From Octopus sinensis (lineage: Eukaryota), in NCBI RefSeq assembly GCF_006345805.1, contig NC_043006.1, forward strand, positions 64,232,001 through 64,296,000: a DNA stretch of 64,000 nucleotides, written 5' to 3'. The notes beneath the pieces were generated by a model, which was not told where the DNA came from, made no database searches, and saw nothing but the letters and a program-made list of their open reading frames with translations. How positions within the stretch are numbered: the stretch's first letter is position 1; the number at the start of each line of letters is the position of its first letter. A program made the position numbers and the translations under genes. Of the stretch, positions 25,560-38,148 are shown in pieces.

Positions 25560-25745
25560 ACACACACACACACACGCATGCAAGTCACATACACATATAT
25601 GATGGACTTCCAATTAGTCATAATCCGCCCAATTCGCTTACAAGGCATTGAAAGGTTCAGAGCTATTGTGGAAAACACTTGCCCAAGGTTCCACACAGTG
25701 GGACTGAACCTGAAACCATTTGGTTGCAAAGTGAGCTTCAAGGCA
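25320..25745 (-). mobile_element. Decayed family A SINE with expanded (CA)n
   Basis: Tail cctagtttcagtcattg, (CA)n at ~25500-25575, and head remnant cccaaggttccacacagtgggactgaacc. Confidence 0.8.
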
Positions 25746-25944
25746 CCAACCGTTTTTTTTTCCCCGCATATCTACCACTCTTTCACAGATGCTTCATTCC
25801 TTTTTCTAAGATGGTAGAATGTAATTTATGGAGGAGTTCTTTTGCTGCTATTTCTAGCAGGTTGAGAAACTCTTCACTGACTGCCTTGTTTGGTGAAAAA
25901 GTAGACACTGGTATTTCTTCTTTTATCTTTTACTTGTCTCAGTT

Positions 25945-26059
25945 ATTATTTTATTGACCCCAAAAGGATGAAAAGCAAATTTGAACTCGGAACATAAAAC
26001 TAGATTAAAATGCCGCTAAACATGTCTGCTGTGCTAACGATTCTACCAGCTTACTGCCT

Positions 26060-26096
<37 letters not shown>

Positions 26097-26700
26097 CTTT
26101 CTACTATAGACACAAGGTCTGAAATTGTTGGGGAGGAGACTAGTCAATTACATCGAGCCTTAGTGTTTTACTGGTACTTTATTGACCTCGGTGGAATTTG
26201 AACTTGGAATGTAACGATGGGCAAAATACTGCTAAGCATTTCGTCCAGTGTGCTAACAATTCTGCCAGCTCAATGACTAATAATAATAATAATAACAATT
26301 ATAATAATCTTTTCTACTCTAGGCACAAGGCCTGAAATTTTGTGGGAGGGAGCCAGTCAATTAGATCGACCCAAGTGCATAACTGGTACTTAGTTAATCG
26401 ATTCCAAAAGGATGAAAGGCAAAGTCGACCCCAGAACAGTGGCAGACGAAATACTGCTAAGCATTTTTTCAGGCATGCTAACGATTCTGTCACCTAATAA
26501 TAATAATAATAATCCTTTCTGCTAAAGGCATAATGCCTGAAATTTGGTGGGAGGGGACTTGTCGATTACATCAACCCCAGTGCTTATCTGGTCCTTAATT
26601 TATTGACCTTGAAAGTATGAAAAGCGAAGTCAACTTTGGTGGGATTTGAACTCAGAACGTGAAGACAAATGAATTGCTGCTAAGCATTTTGCCCAGTAAT
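25945..26700 (-). mobile_element. Head-to-tail array of four family C SINEs separated by (AAT)n
   Basis: Copies at ~25945-26060, 26095-26278, 26309-26493 and 26513-26696. (AAT)n runs at ~26061-26094, 26279-26308 and 26495-26512. Confidence 0.85.
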
Positions 26701-27169
26701 AATAATGATGGCGGTGGCGGTGGCCCCGTACTAGTAGCATGTAAAAAGCACCATCTGAACATGGCCAATGTCAGTACCCCCTGGCTGGCTCCCGTGCCGG
26801 TGGCACATAAAAAGCAGTATCCAATCATGATCGATGCCAGAACTGCCTGACTGGCTCCCACTACACTCTTGGAGTGGTTGGCGTTAGGAAGGGCATCCAG
26901 CTGTAGAAACCTTACCACATCAGATTGAAGGCTTGTGGGGCCTCCTGGCTCTCCAGACCTCAGTCAAACTGTCCAACTCTTGCCAGCATGGAAAACAGGC
27001 ATTAAACGATGATGATGTTTCAAATTTTGGGAAAAGGCCAGCAGTTTAGAAGGAGGGGGCAAGTTGATTAGATCAATAATGGCCCCCGTACCTAGTACTG
27101 GTGCATATTCCCTAAAAGGATGAAAGGCAAAGTTGACCTCGGTGGAATTTGAACTCGGAACTACTACTA

Positions 27170-27725
27170 CTGCTACTCTTTTACTTGTTTCAGTCATTTG
27201 ACTGCGGCCATGCTGGAGCACCACCTTTAGTCAGAGAAATTAACCCCAGGACTTATTCTTTGTAAGGCTAATACTTATTCTATCGGTCCCTTTTGCCGAA
27301 CCACTAAGTCATGGGAACATAAACACACCAACATCGGTTGTCAAGTAATGGAGGGTGGGGACAAACACAGACACACACACAAATATATATATATCATCAT
27401 CATCATCGTTTAACGTCCGCTTTCCATGCTAGCATGGGTTGGACGGTTTAACTGGAGTCTGGGAAGCCCGAAGGCTGTACCAGGCCAGTCAGATCTGGCG
27501 GTGTTTCTACAGCTGGATGCCCTTCCTAACACCAACCACTCCGTGAGTGTAGTGGGTGCTTTTTATGTGCCACCGACACAGGTGCCAGACGAGGCTGGTG
27601 AACGGCCACGCTCGGATGTTTTTTACGTGCCATATATATATACACTTGCCCAAGGTGCTACACTGTGGGACTGAACCCGGAAGCATGTGGTTGGGAACCA
27701 AGCTTCTCATCACACAGCCACTCCT
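27170..27725 (-). mobile_element. Family A SINE interrupted by a family B element
   Basis: A tail 27170-27390, B copy ~27395-27635, A head ~27641-27723, followed by (CTA)n. Confidence 0.8.
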
Positions 27726-29137
27726 ATTACTACTTCTACTACTACTACTACTACTACTACTCATAATAATAATAAAGGAAATGGCCATGCTCAGAATGCA
27801 GATAATTAGCAGATAGAAATCCCATATAGTATAGTTAGTGTGAAATATGATGGCAGAAGAAGAATTGTGAGATTGCATGCATATTGATGGCTTGTAAACA
27901 CTTTTTATGTGGCAGATGGAGTTAGCATTCAGAGCCCTAGTAAAATAAATGTGTTCCAGTATTTGGAGCGTTCTATTAAAGTAATAGATAACTGCTTTTA
28001 CTTGGGTCCCTCAACTGGCAGTGGAGGAGCATGTTCTGAAAGCATCTCTTCTATTCTTAGTGCATACCACCCATAAAACGAGAGAAAATATTAGATCTTT
28101 TGATACTGAATCATCTCCCCCTCCTATCATCCATAGCTCAGTAGGTCTCAGTTTCCTTTTTAATTTTGTGACTTGAATAACAAGGGGAATGCAGTGGATC
28201 TTTTGATACCCAATACACCCTGCCCTCTACCCCTTTGTACTGCTTGTCAACATATCTCCCTCTTTAGGTTACTCCTTTACTGACATCCCTCACCCTCCCA
28301 CCAGTTAAGATTATCTTTGATATACTGCTAACTTCATCCCTCATTGCTCTATTGGCATCCAGCCACCTTAGCATCTCTTTCTCTCTCTCTCATTATGATG
28401 CCTGAGTAATGCAGATTACATCAGACCCAATGGAATTCCATACACCCTACTCTCTCTCCATGTTGATCACCTCTGCTCCTCTACTGTCAAGTCATTTCTT
28501 TACTGCTATCCCTTAATCCATGCTTCCGTGTTGTTATCCACCTCTCCCGCTTTATTTCTTTCTCAGGTTGCTTATTATTGCTATCTGTCACACACTTTCC
28601 ACTTACCATTTCTATGAATGTCCTCCACTTACTCTCTCTTTCTCACACACTCTTCATCACACCCATTAAATACATAGTACCTGTGCTGGTGTCACATAAC
28701 AACTCTGGTGTTGGTGCCACATAAAAAGCACCTAATGTATTCTATAAAGTGGTTGGCATTAGGAAGGGCATCCAGCCATAGAAAACATACCAACACAGAC
28801 CCTGGTTAAGCACTCCAACTTGCCAGCTTCTGTCAAACCATCCAACCCATGCCAGCATGAAAATCACACAGATGATGATGATGGTGCCTTTTTGTTACTT
28901 ACCCCCTCTATCCACCCTGGTTCACATTCTGCTGTCAGATCCTGCCTTAGCCACTTCTTTTGTCACATTGGTGTAGGTGTGGCTGTGTGGTTGAAAAGCT
29001 TGCTTCTCTAACCATGTGGTCTTAGTCCTACTGCATGGCATTTTGGGCAAAAGCAAATGTCTTCTACCACAATCCTGAACAACAAAGCCTTGTGTGTGGA
29101 TTTGGTGCACAAGAACTGAAAGAAGCCTGTTGTATGC

Positions 29138-29169
<32 letters not shown>

Positions 29170-29173
<4 letters not shown>

Positions 29174-29480
29174 CAATGTCAGCATGCATGTATGACAGAG
29201 TGTAAGCATCTCAAGAGAAAAGTTGGACATAAGAGACATCAGATGTGGTGTGCGAAAGAGATGATTGTGCTGGTATAGTCATGTGATGCATATGGACAAG
29301 GACAGCTGTGTAAAGAAGTGTCGATCTCTGTGGAGGGAACTTGTGGTTGAGGTAGACCCAGGGAGATGTGGGATGAGGTGGTGAAGCATGAGCTTTGAAT
29401 GTTGGACCTCATGGTGGCATTCACTAGTGACCGAGACCTTTGGTGATGTGCTGCGCTTGGGAAGTCCTGTCAAGCCGAGT
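29170..29480 (+). mobile_element. RTE LINE 3' fragment
   Basis: Reads as LREKLDIRDIRCGV..HVM.MDKDSCVKKCRS..VEGTCG.GRPR..WDEVVKH..DRDLW; it continues into family B-like sequence to ~29915. Confidence 0.75.
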
Positions 29481-30144
29481 GAAATTGTAGTCTTGACCAA
29501 TGTTGGTGTCGCGTAACTGGCCCCTGTGCTGGTGGTTCATAAAAAGCACCTTTTGAGCATTGGACCTCATGGAGGCAAGGTGGCTGATGCAGTGGCATGT
29601 GAAAAGCGCTTTCAAGTGTTGGGCCTGATGGACGCAATGACAAATGACCGAGACCTTTGCCATTATGCCATGCTTGAGAAGAAGACTCATCAAGCCAAGT
29701 GAAATTGTAGTCTTGGCAGATACTGGTGTCATACAAATGGCACCCATGCTGGTAGCACCTAAAAGCACCCATTACACTCTCAGAGAGGTTGGTGTTAGGC
29801 AAGGGCTTTCAGCTGTAGAAATCTTGCCAAAGCAGACTAGAGTCTGGTACAGCTTTCCCTGGTCAAACTGTCCAACCCATGCCAGTATGGACAATGGACA
29901 TTAAATGATGATGATCGTCATCATCCCCATTTAATGTCCACTTTTGGTGTTAGGAAGGGCAGCCAGCTAAAGAAACCATGCCAAAAGAGACAATGATGCC
30001 TCGTGCAGCTCCTGACCATACCAGCCCCTGTCAGACCATCCAACCCATGCCAGCACAAAAAACAGATCTTAAAGGATGATGATGGTTTTCCATGTTTGCT
30101 TGCTGCAAACTCACTAGAGTCACACAATTAAAACAGAGCCAGTA

Positions 30145-30390
30145 TACAGGGTGTCCCAAAAGTCACTGATGGGTTTCATTTTTTTAATAACTTCCTTAAC
30201 TTTATAAATAAATGCATGCAATTTTGATACAATATAAAGGACATAATGGAAATTAATATGCACAAGTTAAATTTTGCAACACCACTACATCACATATGAA
30301 AAATGACATCCCTTAAATGGCAGCCATTTTCGGCTTTGCATGCCTATGCTCTTTCCAAAACTTGCACCATAACACCCTCAAGAGTTATTT
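30145..30390 (+). mobile_element. Tc1/mariner-type terminal fragment
   Basis: TA followed by CAGGGTGTCCCAAAAGTC, a typical Tc1/mariner TIR start; the other end was not found. Confidence 0.55.
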
Positions 30391-30959
30391 TCACTTGAAC
30401 ACCTCATATCAACCAATGTCCCACCCCCATTTTACTTGTCACTCACTATCTCCACTCCCATGTGTATCTAGCCTCCCTCTCTGTCACCGTTCATCTGCTC
30501 TCTCTCCCCTATGCTTCACATCCTCTCCCTATTTCTCATGTATCTTCAGCTTCATTATATATGTGTTGTTCTCCACCACCCCTCTTTTTATGTATTGCCA
30601 CCTATCACCTCCTCAAACCCATTCCTATTTTCCTTTACCCCCCCCCCAAACTGCCGGGGGAGGGGTTCCTATTGGCCATGCCTCCACTCAGCTTCACCAT
30701 CCAATACACTCATCTCTAGGCATCTGTCACTCCCTTTTCACACTCCCATAAACTCACCCACCCAGCCATCCTTGATTTTCTAACCCTATCTCTGGCAACA
30801 CCATGTGAGATGAAAAACAAGCCCCATTGAAGGGCAGATAAAGTGAGTAGAATCAATGGCTGCACATGATTTATATCTATCAGCATCATCATCATTATCG
30901 CCAGTGGGTGTAACCAGCCCACTTATGAGTACCCCTCATTCATTGGACAATAAACTCTG

Positions 30960-32155
30960 CTTGTAAAGACCTATTGAAGCAAGTGAAATCAAAATCAAAA
31001 TTGATTGCTGACGTGGCCGATGACAAAACTGCCTGACTGGCACTCCTGTCAGTGGAACGTTAAAAGCACATCTGAGCATGATCGTTGCTAGGGCCACGGA
31101 TTGGCTCCCGTGTCGGTGGGATGTAAAAAGCACCATTCGAGCATGATCGTTGCCAGCATCACCTTACCGGCACATGTGCCAGTGGCACATGAAAATCAAT
31201 ATTCGAGTGTGGTCATTGACAGTGCCTCCAGATTGGCTCCCGTGCATGTAGCATGTAAAAACATCTTTTGAGCGTGATCGTTGCCAGAACCGCCTGACTG
31301 GCCCTCGTGCCGGTGGCATGTAAAAACACCCACTACACTCTCGGAGTGGTTGGGATTAGGAAGGGCATGCAGCTGTAGAAACTTTGCCAGATTGGATTGA
31401 GCCTGGTGCAGCCTCTGGCTTACCAGTCCTCAGTCAAACTGTCCAACCCATGCCAGCATGGAAAGTGGATGTTAAACGATGACGATGATGATTTCACATC
31501 TGTTTTCCATTGTCTGAGTGTTGGCATGGTTGCGCTTCCAAATGCCAACTGGGTGCTTTTTATGTAGCACCAGAACCTCTCAGACAAGATGACAAAGGAC
31601 CAAGATACCTGGTTCCTTGCTGTACTCAAGAAGACCCGTCCTCCACATTAGAAGTGTTAAGGCCACTCCCCCTGTTAAAGAGGATTAGCTGGCAGAAGCC
31701 CAGTGTAGGTACCATATAAAAAGCACTTGTGCCAGTGTCATGTAGAAGCACTCCTGCGATGCCACATTAAAAGCACCCAGCATACACTGCAATGTGGTTG
31801 GCATTAGGAAGGGCATTCAGACAGAGAAGCCAAGCCAAATGAAACCAGAACTTGGTGCAGCTTTCCAGCTCTGGTCAAACTATCCAACCCAGACCAGCAT
31901 GGAAAGAGCATGTTAAAGAATGATGATGATGATGATTATTATTATTATATATTTATATATGGCCCACCTTACTGGCTCTTGTGCCAATGGCACGTAAAAA
32001 GCACCCACTACACTCTCAGAGTGGTTGGCATTAGGAAGCTGTAGAAACTCTGCCAGATCAGATTGGAGCCTGGTGCAGCCTTCTGGCTGTCCAGACCTCA
32101 GACAAAACATCCAACCCATGCCAGCATGGAAAGTGAACATTAAACAATGATGATA
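30960..32155. mobile_element. Cluster of family B elements in mixed orientation
   Basis: Repeated taaaaagcacc..gagc.tg.tcgttgcc units, cores gtggttgg..ttaggaagggca and (GAT)n tails at ~31480, ~31920 and ~32150. Confidence 0.75.
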
Positions 32156-34329
32156 TACATACATATATGACTGAAACAAGTAAAAGTATACACACACTAA
32201 CATACATACATATCTATTAGCATATACTGTATTGGCCAGTGTATAAGATGCACCCTATTTTATCAATATATTTTGTGGCAAGAACAAAATTAGCCTGCTT
32301 CCTCATACTTTCATTGAAAGATATTTTAAAGTGGCTTTGTTGGGAAAATATATGATTGTGTGCATGGAAATATGGTGTGACAGCATACAGGCATAAAATA
32401 TGAAACCATAGATTAATCATAAATAAAATGTTATAGAAGTACTGTATTTTAATTTGATCTTCTTTTGCATCGACTTTATATTTGTTTATATTTTGGTTTG
32501 AGAGTATTGTTACATGAGATGTAAAGCTTGTATTTCTGGCTGTGATTTTCAGTGTTACTGCAATCAGCCACCAGGGTAGCATACCCTGCTGCCAAGATTT
32601 GTTGGCATCCACTCACTGCAAATAGGTGACAGGTGGATGAAAGTCTAACATTCCTTTCAACTTTTTAGGAGAATTTTCCTTTAGATAATTAAAAAAATGC
32701 CTCTTAATGGTGACACAGTAGTTAAATAATGGAAGACACATGTCAGGCATGGTTATATATGCTGGGAAGAAGGTGTGATGAGATGATGTGACTTGCCTAC
32801 AAAGCTGCCAATGGACCTAAGCAACTTTTTCACAAGTTTCTGGTAACAGCCTTTGATAATCTGGATCGTTTTTAGTATTTTATTATTAATAACAGTTATT
32901 GAAGCAAACAGACTAATGCTTATCCAGTTCTCTAACCTTCAACACTTGGATCTCACATCCCTAATATTGCTGCATTAGACACATAAAACGCACCCATGCT
33001 GGCACCATGTATGAACCTCCTCTGCTGGTGCCACATAAAAGGCTCTCAGTACACACTGCAAAGTGGTTGGCATTTTGTAGGGCATCCACCTGTTGAAACC
33101 ATGCCAAAACAGGTAATTGGAGTCAGGTGCAGCTCCCCGGCTTGCTAGCTTCTGCTAAACTGTTCAACTCATGCCAGTATGGAAAGCAGATGTTAAATAA
33201 TAATGATGATATATATATATATATTTAACATCCATATTACGTGCTGTCATTGGTTGGACAGTTTGAGAAGATGTGATGGGTCCAATGACTGCATCTCTGC
33301 TCCTGTGTCTGCTTTGGTTTGGTTTCTGCAACTGGATGCCATTCCTAATGCCAAGTTCATCACAGACTGTGCTGAGTGTCTTTTTTTTTTTTTGTGCTAT
33401 CCACCTGAAATTTTGGGGGAGGGGGCCAGTTGATTAGATCAACTCCAGTACACAACTGGTACTTAAGTTATTGACCCCGAAATGAAAGGCAAATTTGAAC
33501 TCAGAACATGAAGCTATCAGCACTATTGACATCTCCATGCAGCCCACAAGACTGTGAACTCTGAAGGGTGGGGGATCAGCTTTATGCTAGGGGACAGGTT
33601 AAAGCATGTGAGAGAAGATGGGGGCAGTAGCTGGTTCTTGTAGGAGAGCTAACTGCATGACTACTCCCATTTAGTAGGAAAGGGAGAGAATGGTCATTTG
33701 GAGCTGAGAAGAGATAGTAGAGATGTGGTGTCCGGGGTGGGGGGGTGACCCCCCTCCTTAAGGCACAAAGGTGAGTAGAAATGAGATGGTGGTGGTGGTG
33801 GTGGAGTTGTAAGGGCATATGAGGAGCAGGAAATGAAAGGATGGGGAAGCAGCCTGCAACTGTAAAAATTGGGTAGGGCTGAAGGGTGATGACTGATGAG
33901 CCATGAGTTGGGAATGATTGAAAGATGTAGATGAGAGGAGGTGCTGGTGGGGGATGTTGAGGTGTGGTTGGTGGGATACGATTAGTGTGGAGGGTGGGTA
34001 AGGTAAGGGAGATAGCAGTGGCCAAGGAAGAAGGATTGATAAGGTAGGGAGATGTGTAAGAGTGGGATGATGGTTGATATGAGAGTGTGTTGAGAATGAT
34101 AGCAGGTATGTGAAGTTAGAGGGGGGGACTAGCTGAAAGCACAGTAAGATGTTCAGTGAGAATAGCATTGGGGGGGGGGGTGGAAGATGAGAATAAGGGA
34201 CGAAATGTTCCAAGGGAGAAGAAAAGGTAGCTGGTTGTACAAAGGGAGTGTGGTGGGGAGTAACCTGTGCTGATTCTACCCACAATTGATTACAGCCATT
34301 GAGTTGTGTCATAGACAGATGAGTGAGGT

Positions 34330-34660
34330 GGTTAGGAGAATGAGATGTGGGGTTGTTTCACTGGACAGAATGGGCTAGAAGTGTACCCAGAATGTTTTTA
34401 GAACATCCTCATTGTTGTGGAGGACAAGCCTTCTCAAGCACAGCCTATTGCTAATCATCTTCTCCATGAGAATCAGTATTTTGGGGTCTGCCTTCACTAC
34501 TTCAAACCGTCTTCCTGGGGCTCTCTCTCTCGCACAAGTTCCATCTACTTCAAGTGACTGGCACTTCTTCAGGCAGCTCTCCTCATCTACATGCATCATG
34601 GGACCAAACCAGCAAGGTCCCCTCTCTTACATATTTATGTGTAGAAATGCAAATGAGACA
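34330..34660 (-). mobile_element. RTE LINE fragment (same family as 29170)
   Basis: ORF 34375-34599 HVDEESCLKKCQSLEVDGTCARER..EVVKAD. Confidence 0.7.
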
Positions 34661-35160
34661 ACGACTCATCCTTGTACTCCTTGCATCTTTCAGAGAACCT
34701 GAACAATCCTACATTTTGTGTGACTCCAAATAATTCTAGAAGAAGTGTTTTGCATCATCATTGTTTTGCCTGTGCTTTTTGTTCTGACTTGGGTTGCACA
34801 GTTCAACAGTATCCGACAGTTTGAAGAAGTTGTGCCTGTATTTCAAAGGACCAGCCTCCTCACATTCTGTGTCATGCTCAAATTCCCTCCTGAGAACTAC
34901 GTTTAAGGGTATGCATGTCTGTGGAATGCTCAGCCACTTGCATGTTAATTTCAAGAACAAGTTGTTCTGTTGATTGGATCAACTGGAACACTCGTAATTA
35001 ACAATGCCAGTTATTTGACAACAATTCAGGGGACTGCAAACCCGCAGAAGGGCTTCAATTTTGACACAGTTTATACAGCTTGATGCTCTTTGTAATACCC
35101 ATCACTTTGCAGAATATACTAACTCCTTTTTCTGTCACATCAACACCAAGTTCACCTTGT

Positions 35161-35161
<1 letters not shown>

Positions 35162-35240
<79 letters not shown>
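35162..35240. repeat. (CT)n microsatellite, ~39 units
   Basis: Pure CT run. Confidence 0.95.
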
Positions 35241-35242
<2 letters not shown>

Positions 35243-35948
35243 CACCCACCCTTGTACCTCTTCTACAGCAAGACACCTGTTTCTGTCTCTCTGCCTCACT
35301 ATAACTTTTCATCATCTGACACAAGATCACCTCCTCCAATGAACCTTCCCCTCTCAAAAGATTTTTTTTCTGTCAGGGGTCTTGCAAGTACTTGGTGACC
35401 CTGTCAGTGCAGGTGCCATTTAAAAAGCATCAAGTCTACACTGTAAAGTGGTTGGCATTTGGAAGGGCATCCAGCTATAAAAACTTTACCAAAACTGACC
35501 TCGCTTATTCTTGTGCCACATAAAAAGCACTAAGTCCACTCTGCTGAGTGGTTGACATTTGGAAGGGCATCCAGCTGTAAAAACCTTACCAAAACAGTCA
35601 CAGAAGTCTGGTGCAGAAGGCTTTTGCCTGGCCAGCTCTTGTCAAACTGTCCCACCCATGCCAGCATGGAAGGTGGACATTAAATGATGATGATGATGAT
35701 GAAAGCACCTAATGTGAAATTCTTCATGACTGAAAGAAGACTACAAGAGACTCTAATGATACGTGGATAGAGTGCTTTGCTGTTTGCATGCAGATTCTAT
35801 GAATAGGCAGCAGAGAGTTAAACTGAGGAATTAATTGAATCGCCATTATTCTTGAAACTGACTTTCTCCATTCATTTATGTGTTTGCATATGTACATATG
35901 GCTGTGGGTATGTATATGTGTGTGTATGTGTATACATATGTATATATA

Positions 35949-35988
<40 letters not shown>

Positions 35989-35989
<1 letters not shown>

Positions 35990-36395
35990 TAGCAGTATAG
36001 CCTGGCATTGCTCAGGTTTGTTTTTTTAGGTCCGCTTAAAATGGCAGACTTCGATGTCATGTTAACAAAGTTTTGACATAGTTTCAATTTTTTTTGAAAA
36101 GTAAAAATTTTGCATTATGTAGCTTGTTATTCTCTTTAAGTGAACATTTTTCTGGTTGAAATACACCGAAAAGTGGTAACACAGCAGTCAAAAAATCGTA
36201 AAAAATATGGATTTTCATAGAAAAAAAGCACCTTTTTGATGTAAATAATTTTTAGTCTTAACATGGTCCGATTTGAATATTCTATCATACTCTCAATTTT
36301 GGTCAACTTGTGCTGCAGGGTCTTGGAGGAGATAGTGTTAGTTGAAGGCTACCAAACCTGCCACACACACACACAGACAACTTCAGCTTTATATG
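35989..36395 (-). mobile_element. Non-autonomous Helitron
   Basis: On +, actagcag plus the hairpin cctggcattgctcagg has the same 3'-end structure as 5619-5646; the other end lies near cacagacaacttcagctttatat and is blurred by (TA)n. Confidence 0.7.
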
Positions 36396-36430
36396 TAATA
36401 TATATATATATATGTATATGTATATATATA

Positions 36431-38148
36431 GGGGGAGAATTCACAGATAACAAAAGATAGACAGGTGGTGTAGACAACAAACAGATGTATTAGTATAACG
36501 CTCGGGAAGTGAAAAAGTCTTTAATGTTTCGAGCCTGTGCTCTTCCACAGAAAGAAACAAGGAGAGAAAATAAAGAATGTGTAGTGGCTAGCGATCTATC
36601 TTGGTGAATGCCGAACAGAAGGGTCACACTGGAGAGCTAGGAAGAAGGGAAGATAATAAAGTAGTGGTGATCCCAAAACAAAGGTGCGTGTGTATAAGAG
36701 ATTTTATGCATGTGGAAGAGGGCTGATGATCTTAATGTGTGTGTATGTGTAGGTGTGAAAATGTGGGGCTGGGAAGTGGTCAGTGCTGGTGTGTATGTGG
36801 TGATGTGATGTTTTGTGTAGTATGGCATAGTGGTGTGGTGTGATGGTGTTGGGAGATGGGGAAAGCAAGGGTGGAGGTAGAAGTGGAGTATGTGGGAGTG
36901 GGTGTGAGGGATGGGAATGATAGGAAAGGTGGGGTTGGAATGTGTAAGGGTGGGTGGGCTTACAATGGAGGGGTGATTATGAAGGGGAACAGAGAAGGTG
37001 GATAGGAGTGAAGAGAAGAAGTAGGAGTCGGAGCAAGAAAAGAGAGGTGGGTGGGAGGAGGTAGGTGTGAGGGGGAGAGAGGCGAGAGGAGGAGAGTTGT
37101 GCCCATGAGGCACATAGGAACGAAGAGAGAAAATTAATTCCTGTTCACAGTACAAACAGGAGTCTGGATGGCCCTTGTGCAAGGACAATCCGAACATGGG
37201 ACAAGTGTTGCAAAGAGTGACCGGTATTGCGGAAATGACATGAGACCGGGGTGTCATTGCCGAGTCAGATGTCTCAGAAGTGTTCCACGAACCCGTCAGC
37301 CAAGCGGCGTCCCATTTGCCCGATGTATAGAGAAGAGCAGAGAGAGCAGGAGGTGCCGTAGATGATATTGGTAGAAGTGCAGGTGAAGGAGTCGGTGATG
37401 TGATAAGGTCGATGATAGGTGCCAGTGAGGAGCGTGGTGTTGGAGAGGTATGGGCAAGTGCAGCAGCATGGGTGGGAGCAAGGGAACGAGCCAGGTTGGG
37501 AGGTAGGGTTGGGGAAGAAGCTGTGGACAAAGAGGTTTCGTAGGTAGTGGGCTCATTTGAAGGAGGGGATAGGGTCAGTTAGGGAAGATGTGCGAAGTGG
37601 TGGGGTCAGACTGGAGTCGCCAGAAGGCTCGGAGACTGGTGCGTTGGAGAGGTGGGGTGGTACATGAGGGGAAATGGGAAGCAGGAGACTGCGGGGTGGA
37701 TTCGGTGGGAGAGAACAGATGCACGGTCCTCAGAACGTGCTTTGGCAAGGGTGGTGTGGATAGTGGTGAGGGGATATCTACATAGGATGAAGTGGCTAGC
37801 CATGAGTTGAGACTGAGTCTCAAAGTCATGGTCGTCACTACAGAGCCTGCATAGACAGAGGAATAGGGGATGGAAAGCTTGGTGTGTTTAGGGTGGGAGG
37901 AGGAGAAGTTTAGGCATGAGTGTGTGTTCGTAGTGATTGGAGGTGGTGAGAGTGGAGTGATGAATGCTAACCGAAATGTCAAGAAAGGAGACAGAGGTAT
38001 CAGAGATGGTGGAGGGCAGGATGGAAAGATTTAACAAAAGAGAGGAAGGAGTCTATAACGGCTGTATAGTTAGGGAGTGGGACCAGTAAAACTGGAGAAT
38101 ATTTGGGCCTCAACGTAGCCAACGAACAGGTTCGTATAGTTGGGGCCC
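36431..38148 (-). mobile_element. 5'-truncated Penelope-like element (RT C-half, GIY-YIG endonuclease, 3' pseudo-LTR), inactivated
   Basis: On -: GPNYTNLFVGYVEAQIFSSFTGP..LYSRY (38148-38050); ISDTSVSFLDISVSI; THS.LNFSSSHPKHTKLSIPYS; then FTCTSTNIIYGTSCSLCSSLYIGQMGRRLADGFVEHF*DI..PVSCHF..HS..EQELIFSLRSYVPHGHN. Contains stops and frameshifts, and the YIDD motif is damaged. Confidence 0.9.
36518..36555 (-). ncRNA. Degenerate minimal type I hammerhead ribozyme in the Penelope 3' repeat
   Basis: UCUUU-CUGUGGA-A-GAGC(ACAG)GCUC-GAAA-C-AUU-AAAGA. Stems I and II are intact; core A6 is U and G16.2 is A. Confidence 0.55.

Noticed and set aside
32226-32650. Possible pogo/Tigger end (tactgtattggccagtgtataagatgcacc) and 131-aa ORF
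   Set aside because: TIR-like resemblance only; the partner TIR and transposase motifs were not found.
34700-35050. Non-repetitive stretch with 74-96 aa ORFs
   Set aside because: No recognisable domain, no consistent splice sites, and stops in all extended frames.
35815-35870. CTGAGGA..GAAAC on +
   Set aside because: Stem II does not close next to the core, and no valid stem III or NUH site follows.
36637-37530. 297-aa P/S/H/T-rich ORF on -
   Set aside because: It is an off-frame reading of the C-rich strand of the Penelope element; the meaningful GIY-YIG frame is a different, broken one.
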